From Podarcis pityusensis (Eukaryota): a stretch of 64,000 nt of DNA. The stretch is taken from assembly GCA_964106645.2 (NCBI GenBank), contig OZ067049.1; one strand, written 5' to 3'. Under the pieces are notes generated by a model, which made no database searches, had not been told where the DNA came from, and worked only from the letters and a program-made list of their open reading frames with translations. Below, one piece after another: positions 1 through 64,000 of the stretch (its first letter is position 1; every line of letters begins with the position of its first letter). Both the position numbers and the translations under genes were made by a program.

Positions 1-99
1 TGGAGGACTACTAGTTACATCAAAGCCCTTGCCCTTCTGCTGCACCCTCAGTATCTCAGAATCTGGAGATGCCAACCAGTCAACTCTCTTGTGGGCTTG

Positions 100-835
100 T
101 GGCTTTGCTGCTAAATGCCAGATCTCTTCAGAATAAAACACTTATATCATCCTATCATCCATGATTTGATTGTGAATAAGGAGATTGATTTGGCAGGTCG
201 CTTACAACGATACCATCCTGAACACCCTGAGCACTCTGCATGGAGCTGCCCTTGAAGGGCTTGGAAACTTCAATGGGTTCAAAATGCATTGGCCAGATTA
301 CTGGCCTGGTTCACTTGAGAATTTAAATAGCCCCTGTTCTATTGGCTGCCTGTGTGTTTCAGAACCCACCCTATTTCTGTGACTAATGTGTTTTCAATAC
401 TGCAGTCAGCCTGACTTTCACCAGACTGGGAGGCATTAAAGTGAGGGAGGCGTCAGTCTAATGAAGTGGCTGTCTGAAGAGGCTCAACTAGTCCACACAT
501 TAATGCCCTTTTGATGTCAGGGAAAACCTCCTTAAAAACTCTTTCTGGCCTTTAATCTTCTAATTTTTAAAGAGTCTTTTAATATCTTTTACTATTTTAG
601 TACTGTCTCTGCTGCTGCCAGTAGTCGGTTGGTTGGTTCACTCTTCAATGTGATTTAAGCATATTATAAAATTTGAGTTGTGATTACCATTGTTTGGCTT
701 TTAGTGTCAGTCTGTCAAATTTATGTATTAGACAGTTTTTTGTGTGAATTTATGTTAATGTTAATTGCAATAATATTATTGTATCTTGAAGTTATTGCTT
801 AACTTGCATTGCTAGAGAACTTAGAAGCTAATAAA
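100..835 (+). mobile_element. Old degenerate L2-clade LINE remnant
   Basis: About 105-200 reads LLNARS..NK..IHDLI (start of the APE endonuclease). About 240-310 resembles LPLK..WKLQ.VQNA.ARL (ORF2 C-terminus), followed by a T-rich 3' UTR. Confidence 0.55.
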
Positions 836-3800
836 TGGGCAAATCCTTATCTTGTGCTAGACATCCTGTTTTTAAGTGTCTGACTTTCTTGTGCAGGGTG
901 GGAAAGTATGCCATTGCTGGAATTAGATTCCTTCATATTTTTCCTACACAACGATCTTTTAAATTGACCTCCCTGAGTGCTCTTTATTGGGGTCCTTGTC
1001 TCCACAAAGGTATTAACCTTCTTACATATGGACTGGGCACCATGCTCTGACTTGGACACCAAATTTCTTTGTCCATAAGCCATTTAGAATGTTAGCAGCT
1101 CTGAGATTGCCACCTTGGAATCTGGAGATTTATCTGTATAAGAGTTTTAGATGATCATGCCATTATTGAACAGTTTCCCCCAGTATGGGTGTCATCATTC
1201 CCCCACAAATTTGCTTAGTACATTACCTTGAAATCTTAGACACTTCTTTGATGCTGGCTTTCATTTGTGTAATCTTCATGACAAGCTGCCTTAAAGTCTA
1301 CTGCAATATTTGGAGACCAGCTGTTCCAATGTTTTTCATCTTCCCACTATGCTAGGACTTAAATATTTGGCTGAGGTAACCAGTCAACTTGCTACAGGCA
1401 CAGTGGATCATGGTGCCAGTCAGATGTCACCTGTGATTGTGAGGACTTGCTATCGGAGACAGGCTTTAGAGAAATACAGCTTTATGTGCGAATGTGTTTA
1501 GGGAATTATGCTTCTCACAGAGTGTGGGCCCCCTCTTCTGGCCAAAAGAAACTACTGCTAAAATAGACCACTAGGGCATGACATTTACATTTCTCTCTAC
1601 AGTACTTCAGTTCTTTGATATTTTTAACAGTATGTGTTATCCTGTTTTCCATATTCAGTCTAGAGCATGGGGGTGAGCTGATGGCCTAATGAAAACAACT
1701 CAAATAAATGCTCATCTAAATTCAATTAGCCTTTGCAGTATTGTTATCAAGTATCCAGGCTCTGGAGTTTAGGAACACTACTGAGCTCATTTTAATGCAG
1801 GTTATCAACATGTGTGTATGGGGTATGTGTGTTGTGAGATCCTAGTGACTAAACCCTTTAAAGTGGTATATCTACACAGATTATATATTGAATCTCCATT
1901 GAGAAACAAGGAATTACACTGCTTATAGCTTATAGCGGATAAGAAAATTTCTGTGTATAATTATTTGTTTTCTTTATTCAAAAGCAAGATATAATGTATA
2001 TATAGGGCTGGGAATGTCTGTTGCCAGAAATCCCAGAGATATGATCCCAAACAATGTAAGCAATACCAAGATAGAGGGACCCTTGAACTCTTTCAGTAAA
2101 AGGTTTTTAGTGCTTTTGTGGTTCAGGAATGTGGGGTTCTCCCCCATTCCTATTGTCTGCTTAGAATATGATGGTGGCAAGAAAAAAAGTCCCATTCATA
2201 CAAAATCAGTCTAGAAGAAAATGTTAAACTACTGGAATTTCTGCTTCAGGTGACCAGAGTCAATTTTTAAATATTTATTAATAACAGTAGGAGTTACAAG
2301 TGTAAGCCAAATTTAAGCAACATTTTTTTAAAAAGAAAGCTTATATGCTTTATTTTAAGAAAGTCTACTAAATGGGGAGTGGGAGGTTGCATGCTTGGAT
2401 TGCTCCCCTCACCCTCATAGTACTATTTTCTCTTATGAAATGTATACTGTGACTATACAGGATATGCAGGAGCTCCAAGTTAATGTTTGCATTTCCTGGC
2501 TTTTTGTTATTTCAGCAAAATGAACAATGCTGTATTGAAACCATTATGGACTTAGAAAAATTATTGTGCTGAATTAGATTTTCCTATTTTAGTAGGAAAC
2601 TATATTATAAAAAATTTATGCTCTCAAATAGAAAAGGAGCAGAACTAAACACAAATGGAGCTCTTTGCCTTTCCATGAGTGTTTAAGCTCCCAGAACGGA
2701 ATTGGGTCAGTAGCTTTGTGACCATGCTCAATACTTTTGCCTCTGAACCTGTAGACGTAAGGAAATATTCTGTTTCTGCATGAACAGGATGCTATTCACC
2801 ACTTCTCTTGTTGAATTAATTCATGAAAAAGGTTTCAGCTTCAAATGAGCACTCTTGCTAAATTGTTAGACCTCATATAATTTTGCTTTCATATCAATTT
2901 AAAAGCATTCAAAGTGCTCTCTGTGAAATACCGGTATACAGATATAACATTTGAAATAACTGAATTTAAATCAATTTTCTGTTTCATTCCCTCAAAATAA
3001 AAACCCCCTCAGAAAATGTATAAATTTAACAACGTAATTTAACAACGTAAATTTTAAATGTCCAATGGTGGAATTTAAATACTTAGGTCTCTGGGATTGT
3101 GTTAACAGACTCTGTTAATCTCTCCGGTAGTACATAGAGTAAATTGTAAAATATGCATTGTGCCAAACTGTCCTCGCTTAAAACATATTGGAATTTGGAG
3201 GGTTCAAGTGAAATAGGGGCAGTGTGAGTTTTCCAGAAGTTTTTCCTATGAAGCCCTAGACTTGAGGTTGATCTTATTTAGCATGTTTAGCTTACTTGTT
3301 TTTAGTAAAACAAAACTAAATACCTTGGCAAGCTTGCCTAATATTTATTTGTAACTGGCACACATTCATTCTTAATGAACTTAAAAAACAGAAAAATTTC
3401 CACCCCATGTCATTTACTGAAGGGGAAGAAAAGTGTGAAAACAAACATTTTAGAACTTGATTTCTGTTTTCACCACTTAGTAAAACATTAAGTGTTGCAG
3501 TTTTAAGTAGATGTTTGCTTTAGGCTTTTATCTTTGATTTGGGATTTTAGACTTTCTCAAATAGAAGTAAGAATCATGTTTTGTAGCTTTGTTAAGGTGA
3601 GGTAAATATTGTGTGTCTGTCTTGGAAGTTGGATCCGCAAAGGTCAAACTTTATCAATTTTCTGATATGGAAATATAAAAGAATAAATTCCATCCTAATA
3701 AATAATTGTGACAATGGGAAATTATAATAAATGGCTTTTCCAGCTTTGTTTCCCAGGTGCAGTTCAAGTACAGATTTATACATTTTAGAAGTGGGGAATA

Positions 3801-4259
3801 GTTTGAATACCATAAGCGGGACTTGTTGATTTTTGCTGCATCAAAATCTAGGTGCCCCAGATGACACAGTTTTGGCTCAGTTGAAAGACCCATCTAGTTC
3901 AGCATACTATTCTCATAGTAGCCAACCAGATTCCTGTCGGAAGCCCTTAAGCAGGACGTGACTGCACTAGCATTCTCCTGTTTGTCATCCATAGCAATTG
4001 ATGTTTCAGAGGCATAGTGTCTGTGGTACTGGAGGTAGTTCACAACAGTTGACAGGAAGAACTGAGAACAATTATCTTTTTCCTGCTTGTTTGTAACATA
4101 TAAATCAGCTGTTGTCTTCAAGCACAGATGTGTTCTGGAGCAGATTTTATATTTAATACCAATTTAAAATTAGAGGAAAAGCTGACAAAAACTTCATGTT
4201 TACTGATGTGTGTAAAATTTCCACATTTCCCAAAGTTGTTCTGTACTTAGAGCAAACTA

Positions 4260-4709
4260 CCGTACTTTTCTGTGTATACGACTATTTTTTTTACTCCAAA
4301 ATCATGTTCAAAATTAGGGGTCGTCTTATACATGTGTAGCGCATTGTGGGGACATGGGATTGGTTGCTGCCACGAGTTGGAGATTGTTATTGGTGGCTGC
4401 GGCAAGGGCTGGTGTTGATTGGCTGTCTCTGTGGCAATTGGGCAGGCGCTGTGCACCTTTTTTTCAGTGATGGGACAGAGGATAGGTTGCTTTGGCGATG
4501 CACACAAGCGGCATTGTCAGTCTGGTGGGTGAGCGTTTTTTTGCATTCCCCCTAAGAAAAGCTCAACAACTCTGCCCCCCAAAAGCTCAACAATTCTGGG
4601 CAATCCTCCCCCTCAAAAAAATCTCAACAACTTTGGGGAATCTCCCCCCTCCTTTTCTTAATTTTGAGTTCCCCAAAATAGGGGGCATGTTATACACAGA
4701 AAAGTGTGG
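4260..4709. mobile_element. Non-autonomous Tc1/pogo-type DNA transposon (MITE)
   Basis: TIRs ccgtacttttctgtgtata / tatacacagaaaagtgtgg with TA on the left; related to the 57149-57310 element. Confidence 0.7.
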
Positions 4710-5419
4710 TGATTCTGAAATGTCCTATAACGTACTAGAGTTACAAAATACAGCAGGGGAAAACAAGATGAGTCACTTTCAAACATGCCCTAAAAAGTCT
4801 TTTGTGATTGACAAGAAAAGACTTGCTGTTGTGTAGGAAAGCAGTATAAACTTCTCAAAGAGATGTAATTTTGCACTGAAATAATTCAGTGCTGTGATTA
4901 CTTTTGTGGTCTTGTATGTGCTGTGTGAAACAGCTTGCATGACTGAAGTAAATAAATATCCTGTTCATATTCTAAAATTTCACTAATGTTCCCAAAACGA
5001 TAGTAGCATAGTTGATAGAAGGCCTGAGCATTAGGTTTTGAAGTCAAATTTCAGCTTAGCTGTGATTAGTCTCTCATTGGTGATATGGGGATAATGTTGA
5101 CATACGTATTGCTAGAGCTGTTGCAAGGATTTCTGAGAAGACATATGAAATACCTGTGTGAAAAATATGTAGGAAGTGTGCTATATACATTGTAATATAG
5201 AAGCTCATGTGTTGTAGCAAGAGCAGCTGTTGTTTATTGTAGAGGAATAATTGTACTTGGCATATTATAGATTGGCTTCTTTAAGGTACATTGTCACTTT
5301 CAGATGTTGCCTTTTCTTAAGCTACCAAACATGTGTTTTATTTTTTGAAGAAGGGAATGAAGGGTCCTTATTGTGTCATTAGATATTGTGAATCAAAGCC
5401 ACTGCACCATTCCACATAA

Positions 5420-5433
5420 CCACTAGATGTCAC
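5420..5433 (+). promoter_or_regulatory. Candidate CTCF site
   Basis: ccactagatgtcac is close to the CTCF core, with tgcaccattcc (like the upstream motif) 6 bp before it. Confidence 0.4.
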
Positions 5434-7600
5434 AAGTATTACAGGAGCCTGAGAGGTTACTAAGGGCCTGGTGGAAATTCAACATGTCACTGAACTTCAC
5501 ATATTCCACTGTTTCCACATGGCAGTTGCCAGAAGAATCTGATACAGTGTGATATAGAAGCAAGGTACAACTGGAATAATGAAATTTCAAAAAATGAGCC
5601 TTTTTAAAGGGCTGGTTCTAACAGTCCTATTGGGCATTGTAAATGCCTCAGGTGCACTTGATACTCCTTTTACGTTCCTGGCTTTTGCTTGTGTTTTTAT
5701 GGAAAGATGGATTGAACTTCAATTTAAGAATATTCGGTAATCCCTCTCAGGACATACTATAACAGCTGGTATTTCTGTGTTGCAGCAAATCGATTCCATG
5801 CAGCAGACAGCAGTACTTATAGCTGGATTCTGACACAAAATTACAAAGCATTTTGAAACAAATTTAGCCAAAGCAAACATCACTGAAAAAATGTAACTTA
5901 ATTTACAAGTTTTGGAGAAAAGAATCTTGTTTCATTCCAACAAAATATTAAGCTTTTAACTGGTAAAGATTTCACCAGGTCATTTATTTTCACTAATATA
6001 TACATAGAGATTCTGAGGGGAATAACTTCATACCACACAACCCTTTAGAATAAGGGTTTTTGAAAGTTAATATCAAGGAATTTAACCACAATAAAGAAAA
6101 AATGAGGAATGGCATCCTCACTGGTTAATATTAAGTGTTTTCTATATTTATTAAGGCTTTGGTCTTTAAACTTAAGTATCTGCAATCACAATTAGTATTT
6201 TACAACCTAGGTGTTTATTAATATAGATAATGCACTTTTGCTGTGGAATAAAAGGTTCAAGGAATATACCTAAAAAACTAGTGGATGAACAAATAAAGAA
6301 TATTTTTTAAAGACCTGGTTGGCTTCAATAACTAGTTTGATTCTGCGATAGCTTTGTGACTCTCTAGGTTCAGATCTTAAAATTTTATTTTCCAGCTTTG
6401 ACTTGTGCATGTTACACTTGCACCAAGACAAACTGAATTGATGCTTTGCAAAACTTGTACAGTGTGTCCTTGGCCTGGCATCAAGTGCCTTAAAAAAAAT
6501 AAAAATCTGTGTGTAGATATTCTGCCTTCTTCTGTTTTAAGACTGAGTAAATAGAGTTGTGCCAGAACACAATAACCGCAATGCAGTGCAGAGTTATATA
6601 GGCCCATAGATTTATCCCCAAACAGCCCATTTATCTATTGAATATTAATAATCAAACTCTCTACAAAAATATCCTATGAAACATTTGAACTTCTGTCTTG
6701 GATATAACCCAGTTTTCTGTCATACAATTTTGTAGGCTGTCAAACAAGCCTGTTAAAAAGCTGAAGTTAATTATGTGAAAACAAACAAATAAATGGTGCT
6801 TTAGAATCAGCTTCAAATGAAGTTATTTCTTGCCAGCAGTAAATGATGGGTTTTAATTATAGTTCTTTGATTACTTTTCAGTAATCTTTTAGCATGTGAT
6901 CATTTGTATATTAAAACATGTTTGCCTCTAGTTCCATTAATAGGAATGACAAAAATGACCTGATTAAAAACTTAAAATAAATGTTGTAGTTATCGTAAGC
7001 TATTATAGTGGACACAAAAATACACTTGAATATATCCATGGAAAAAGCTAAAGTCACTCTACGTTTATTACATTTTTTACAAGTTAAAATTAACTCTCTT
7101 TCCTTCATCCTCTCCACTTGAGGACACTACTTGTTATGCCAGTCTTAATGCAGGGTGTGTTAATAATTGTGGCTTAATATTCAACATGATAATCCTCCAA
7201 GAAGTGGTCATTCAGCATGTGGTAGAAGCACACAATAATCCTAATAACAAAAATTTCATTAAGTTAAAATTTTACAATTTCATATCTGCATTTCTGGAGT
7301 GAGTACTGTCACCAAATACATTGGAATGGTTGAGATATCCATACCATAGGGATGACTGTTAGGATGGTTATAGATATTTGTATTAGTGGAAAGTACTCAA
7401 ACTGTAAAAGAAACAAAACAAAAACAACCCCACCAAAACATTTCTAATTGGCAAATGCTCAGTCTCCAGGTTTCTTTCGGAAATGGGTTTTTAGACATGT
7501 TTTTCTTTAATAGACTATATTGGAAGTTGTTTTTGAAACGATGTGGAATTCGAAAAGCAGTTTTGTATGCAGGGGGTGAGGATGTCAGTTGCTCATAGTA

Positions 7601-7631
<31 letters not shown>
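7601..7631. repeat. (AAAT)n microsatellite
   Basis: About 7 aaat units. Confidence 0.9.
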
Positions 7632-7873
7632 CTGCCAGGTTAGCACAAGTCCCTTACATCAACCCAAGCAACTGTTTGGTTTGTGGCTGTAACTTACACA
7701 TAGATTAGATTAAAGGAAACCCCATCTGCATAGTACATATTATTTTTAAGATCCTAAAATAACATGGTATGAAGAAATAGTTTTCAAGTTGCTAAACTAG
7801 GTTAGATATACGTTGGCAAATTACAGCAACTTATAATTCTAATGATTATTTGTTATGTTTCTGTTCTTTCCAG

Positions 7874-8001
7874 GATTGCTTTGAAATTGCCTCAGTCTCG
7901 TAGAAAACTCAGCTGCATGTAATTGAACTGAAACTTTCTACCTCCTTCTGGCTCCAGCGTTGTTCTAGCGTGTGTCCTTGTTGCAGCTCACAGACTAAAC
8001 C
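7874..8001 (+). other. MPP7: 5' UTR part of the first coding exon of MPP7
   Basis: Acceptor tttctgttctttccag ends at 7873; ATG at 8002 in the context aaccATGc. Confidence 0.75.
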
Positions 8002-58739
<50,738 letters not shown>

Positions 58740-61225
58740 CACTAAACAAATAAAATGTTTCATAATATTTTAATAAGGTACTCAGTTGGATCTAAATGGA
58801 CATTTTGTTGGTGGGAAGCTTTTCGAGCTTTGGCAAACTGGTGCATTTACAAACTTGGTGCAGTGGAATGTTGATCTTATTTTTCTGTGTGTAAACCTTC
58901 CTGTTTGGAATAGGGGTTCAGAGGCAGAATATCACAGTGAAGCCTTATTTTTTACCAGATTCAATTTTACTGGTTTTTGAAGTGAATCTTCAGCTATTAT
59001 GATACCACATTTCATCAATCCAGTATGAGATATCCTTTAAGCTGAGCATTGATATTAAAAAGTCTTAAGGTCTGATATCAGTGTTTAAGTGGCTTCCAAT
59101 TTTGCTACTTCCAGACCTGGATAATAGTTAGCACTTGAAATTTTTAAAACTGGGGATGCAAAAGTGGCTACTACTTCTTTAACTAAAATACAAATATTTG
59201 AACTTGCTTACGCTCAATCCGAATTTTGTGTGTGTGCTGAGTATTGTCTTCCACATCCAGACTGACTTTTACCACAACAGCAAATTTTATTTATGTTGGT
59301 GGAAAAACTTTCTTGGATCTTTTCAATAAGCAATAATATTGCTCTGCATCTTGAGTATTTGTAGATTACCCTTGGGGAGTATTCAAAGCAGTGCATCAAA
59401 GCTTAGATTGGGGTAATTCTAACAAAGATAACAAGGTGGAGGGTTAGTCTTTGGGAAAGAGGCAGTTGGGTAAATGGATTTTATTTATATAAGTGCTTCA
59501 TTGTTTTAATTATAAACCTTTCTAAAACAGCCTTTGAGAAAACCCAGAACCTATTTTTTTATTTGAAAATTTGTAATTAAAACTAGTGGATCATTCTCAT
59601 TTTACACTGACCCAGAGCTGTGTTTTCTGGAATGGAGAAAGTGTTTTTTTGTTTGTTTGTTTGTTTGTTTTTTTTGCTTCTTCTTGATTTCCTCTTGACA
59701 CAAAGTTTATTAGTAGATGAAAAGAGAAATACTTGTTGTGTTCAAGTGAATTTGCCTTTCCAATTTATACGTGACAGTGATGTATCAGAGACTTAGTGTG
59801 CAAACAGGAAGTCCAGTTATTTTATGTTAATGTATAAAAGGGTTAGCTGTCTTATTTAAAGGCAAAAGAATTTAGTGAGACTATATATATTTATGAAAAG
59901 GGGTGAGAAGGGATATATTAATTTTTTGCATTTCTTGTCAATGTGATCATTTATTAAACAGATCCCTAGGTGTCTGTGATTTGAAACACTGGCTTTATAA
60001 ACTCAACATTCCATGTAAATGTTTTAGTTTCGATACAGATAAACCACCAGGTCTTTGCAAATGTAGTCTAAATAGATGGTTGGTTTTTTGGTTCATTGCA
60101 TTCATGTTTTAAAATTGTGTAATACAAGGGAAGTGCCAACAACCAAAATATCATCTTTTGGAAACATTTGTGCTAGAGTGACGCATGTAGCCTGGCCCTG
60201 AACATCCATCATGTAATGTTGAGTGTCTCAGGTTTTACTGTTTTTGGTGATCTATGGTTGTACTTCAGCACCAATTAATTGCATGAAAAATACTGAACTG
60301 GATCCCCTCCCTCCCGGCTGTGTTTCAGTACTGCTTTAAATAAATCACCGTGGTTGTTTGTTTGTTTGGCAGGCATTATGTGTCTTTGACATTCAGTGCG
60401 TACTGCAAGAGCCAGTGCCAAGAATGCTGGGTATCAATATCTACATTTTGTATATGAGAGGATCAAAACACTTGTTTAGAAATACATTTGTCCTGTTTGT
60501 CAGTTATAGTTTGTGAGACTATTCTTACCATAGATTTTTCTTGAAAACAAGGGAAAATTGGGCATATAGGTTTCCAATGTTGTGACATCCCAGAATGCTA
60601 TTTGGGAGGAAACTCTCTCCTTTTCATCCTGATTGTCGCTCCAAAGACAGCATTTCGGCACTGTGCTCTTACTGGCAATAATTGAGACTATTAATCTTTG
60701 TAAGCTTCCCATGTTCTTTTTGTCAAGAGAGAATTTACTATCCTTTGAGTTTACTAGCTTTGAAGCAGCAACTGAGTCTGCAGTGACCTTGGACACCTTT
60801 GTTTTAATAAGAGCATGATCCAAAAAGCTCTGGAGCTTTGCATAAGTAGGAGCTGCCTGTCCTCTCCAATGCTGCGGCATGTTCTATGTGTGCACACTGA
60901 AACTGTGTGGAGCCTTGGATCATACACATAGCATGGGTATAGTTCAGAAAAACTTAAGTCAATTTTTGGCTCAAAGTGAAACTGACTTATTTCAGCCTTT
61001 TAAAATTGTACTGCATGGGTTTGAGTACAATGGTTTCATGGTTTTAAATATAAATATCCTTATTGTATTTTTGCTGTTTTGTCATTGTAAAGCAAATGTT
61101 AAAAGTTTTTATACTATTGGATTCAGAGCAATACTTGAAGTTGTCATCAGTTCACTTACAGATGATGTGCCTGAATTGCAACTTTATCAATCTTAAATCA
61201 ATAAATTATTGACAAAATGTACTGT
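58740..61225 (+). other. MPP7: MPP7 3' UTR (about 2.5 kb, end approximate)
   Basis: AU-rich and free of recognisable transposons, running from the stop codon to the AATAAA at 61200. Confidence 0.55.
61200..61205 (+). terminator. Probable polyadenylation signal AATAAA
   Basis: AATAAA with U-rich sequence upstream and GU/U-rich sequence (tgtactgtgg...cttttt) downstream. Another AATAAA lies at 58749. Confidence 0.55.
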
Positions 61226-63257
61226 GGGAAGCTTCTTTTTTAAAAATAAGGAACCCAAATCTATCAATTGAATTGTGCTTGCAATATCTGTTACCATTAT
61301 CACATTCAAACAAGTAGCATAACTGAACGAACTAACTTAACGAGCTAACTTAAGCCATGATTTTGCTGTAGAAAACAATTATTTTGTTGAAGCATACTGG
61401 TCAACGCAGCAGAGCCATTTCTGAAATGCCTGGGGCCTGTACCCCAGCATATGTTTTTATGTTTAGGACCCAAATATTTAACTTGTCCAGAGATTTAAGA
61501 TTTTCTTCTTTGTCCTGTAATTGCCCGCATCTGCACACAGAGCAAATATTAAGAATACAAATGACCCCTAATTCAGATGTGACTGTGTAAACAAATTGCA
61601 CAAGGTTCTGCCCTCATTTTACAAGTGATGACAAAATATAATGACAAAATAAAAGCAACATATTACAACATGTGAGTTTAACAGCAAACCAGCAAGTTTC
61701 TCCTTGCATAGTGCATATTCTGGGGAGCTTTTCATAATAATGGTGTCACCACACATCCTATGATGGTATATTCACAATCAGCTCTAAACATCTGCACCTT
61801 AGAAGCCTTCACTTGATTTAGAGAGACTTTCCTTCTGGAAAACCTCCAGGAGTTTAAAGATGAACCCTAAAGTCCATTTTTTTCTCTACCACTTCCTGAA
61901 AGCCCATAGCTTGTCTTGCATGCATTGGATTCATGCGCCATTGGTGCAAAGTATTTCTCCTTGTTGCATGCTACTGTGCTTTGAATAATTTGAATTGCAT
62001 ACTTGAATAAGTTGATTAATCAGCTAAAGATAGAAAAATTAAAAGCAGATTTTCATAATTAAGGCAGCAATGTCTATGTTCTAATGTGGAGAGAGCCTTG
62101 AAATTAATTGAAAATCTTTGAATAAGTTTTCCTTTACAATAAGGTGTCTAGAGATTCTAGAATAGGTGACAGTTTTGTGATTTCTTTTAAAAAAACAAGA
62201 ACAACATTTTTTATTGGTTTTTAAACAAATACGATAATTATTTCTGTCATCCTAGAAGGGGACACAAAATGTATTTGGATAACTGACTAAAACTAGGTAT
62301 ATGTTGATCATATGTTGATCACATTTTCTTGTTAAGGTGCTTAGTTAAGTCAGCATGTTGACTTCTTAGGATGGATTTACTGAGCTAATCCACATACGTT
62401 TTTTTAAAAATTTGCGACATAGAAACAAAACTTTTACTATGTCACAATGACTCTGACTTAACAAGTGTGTTACTTCAAGTAAATACTTTACTGCTTGGTC
62501 AATTGCATGCATGTGGGCACCCACAAAACGTTTTTCCAACTGCAGTTAGGACTGTAGATATTTTTGTTTCCTTGGAAAAGCATGCCTACAAGAGTTCCTT
62601 TCTTGCCTAATTGAATGAGTATAGCATTTTCCTGTGCAGTGTAGCAGTGAAGTTATAGGTGGAGAAAGATATATGTTCTACACAAGTGGAACATTCACAC
62701 ATCTCGGGAAGCTTAGAACTGTGTATTTCCAAACACTGCCTTTCCTTATGTTGCTGGAGCTGGGAGTCTGACGGAACCCAGGTTGCAAAACATCTTTACA
62801 AATTCAGGTTTAGATTATATCCCCCCCCCCCCCCAGAGATTAATCCACTTGTTCACCTAAAAAGGTTTCTTTGCCCACTTGGTAATACTTTATGTAGGCC
62901 AGATACAAAGGAATGTGAACCTGCCAAGAATTGAAATTCTTTTGCCTGTGTGACAGCCAAGCTACCAGCATGCTAATTTTTACTCACACAAAAGGGATAA
63001 AGGACTCCAAGAGGCACCAAATTATCTTTTAATTTCCTGCCCAGGTTGAGCTGGTCTGACTTGAGTAAGAAATAGATGGTAGTGTTTACACCATATTCAT
63101 GAGAACTAGTATCTTTGGAGATGCCCTGGAATCTTCAGATGAATATTTAAATTTAATAAATAATAACAGCAATAATGTTATTAGTATGAAGCCACTCATA
63201 TCATGAAACTCACTGGGTGACCTTTAGCCATTATTAGGTAAGGTAAAAAACAAAAAC

Positions 63258-63357
63258 AAAGGTAAAGGACCCCTGTATGGTTAAGTTCAGTCAAAGGCGA
63301 CTGGACCCCAGAGTCGTCCACGACTGGACCTAATGGTCAGGGGTCCCTTTACCTTTA
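63258..63357. mobile_element. Two Sauria SINE/BovB-type 3' ends joined in inverted orientation
   Basis: aaaggtaaaggacccctg...ggcgact (minus) abuts accccagagtcg...caggggtccctttaccttt (plus). Confidence 0.65.
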
Positions 63358-64000
63358 TGGGCAGTGAAAGGTGGGATATCAAGTCCAAACTCCTCTTCTT
63401 TTTCTTCTTCAATATGAGGAAGAGCCTTATATACTGCCATGAGGGACTTGGAGAAGGGCCAAGGCATAAATCTAATAAGCAAATGACCTTCAGGTCCACT
63501 TCTGACATCTAACTCAGAGAGATGGTTGGTCCTGGATGCTTTGGAAGACCTTGAAAGTGCAGATAAACCATTCTGCCAGTAGAGGATGATGCATCCAAAT
63601 CAAATTCTGTGTGTGTTCATATTTAATTGCTTTATAGGTATCTCTAACACCCAAATGGAGCTCTTTCCTAGTCTGGATCTCTTTTGGAATTGTTCTTACA
63701 TGTTTTTAGCTGGTTTGTTTTACCTTTGGCCTACTTGCTGCCCCAGGTCCCTTCATCTACCTGGCGAGGCTACGGATTGGATCCTTGGGCTTTTGCATGC
63801 AAAGCAGGTGCTCTTTAGTCAGTGACCTTTGGACTGTTTTTTGTTTCACGTATTTTAGTTTTCAAAAAGAAATATAAGTTATGTTAAAAATAAAAAACTG
63901 GTTATTTTCAAAGAGTTTATTCTGTGGCCTCATCACCAACCAGTTAAGAGGCAAAAAATGAAATGCAATGCTTCAATTTTTAAATTTAGCCTCAGAATCC

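Noticed and set aside
5000-5190. Possible MIR-like ancient SINE
   Set aside because: Too degenerate to call without a profile search.

Overview
Vertebrate genomic DNA, AT-rich and intron-dominated. The repeats (Sauria SINE, a Squam3-type SINE with a (CTT)n tail, L2, CR1, RTE, and Tc1/pogo and hAT MITEs) point to a squamate, probably a lacertid lizard. The window holds the whole coding region of MPP7 (MAGUK p55 scaffold: L27-L27-PDZ-SH3-HOOK-GK) on the + strand. I assembled 16 constitutive GT-AG coding exons by hand, from ATG 8002 to TAA 58739: 1731 nt, 576 aa. A 3' UTR of about 2.5 kb follows; the promoter and first exon lie upstream of the window. Most ORFs in the supplied track are spurious. 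The main finding is in the 12.7-kb HOOK-domain intron (34697-47398): three frame-preserving candidate microexons of 21 nt (GC donor), 12 nt and 42 nt, adding SAMHCDA-EEIE-EEAECAGHNSGAHI. This peptide resembles the HOOK insert of the paralog MPP3 as I recall it. The exons lie among many RBFOX UGCAUG sites and have SRRM3/4-type UGC motifs. The 12- and 42-nt exons both start with AG while the upstream constitutive exon ends in a phase-1 T, so either one creates a UAG stop unless the 21-nt exon is also included. All homology statements come from memory, not from a search.
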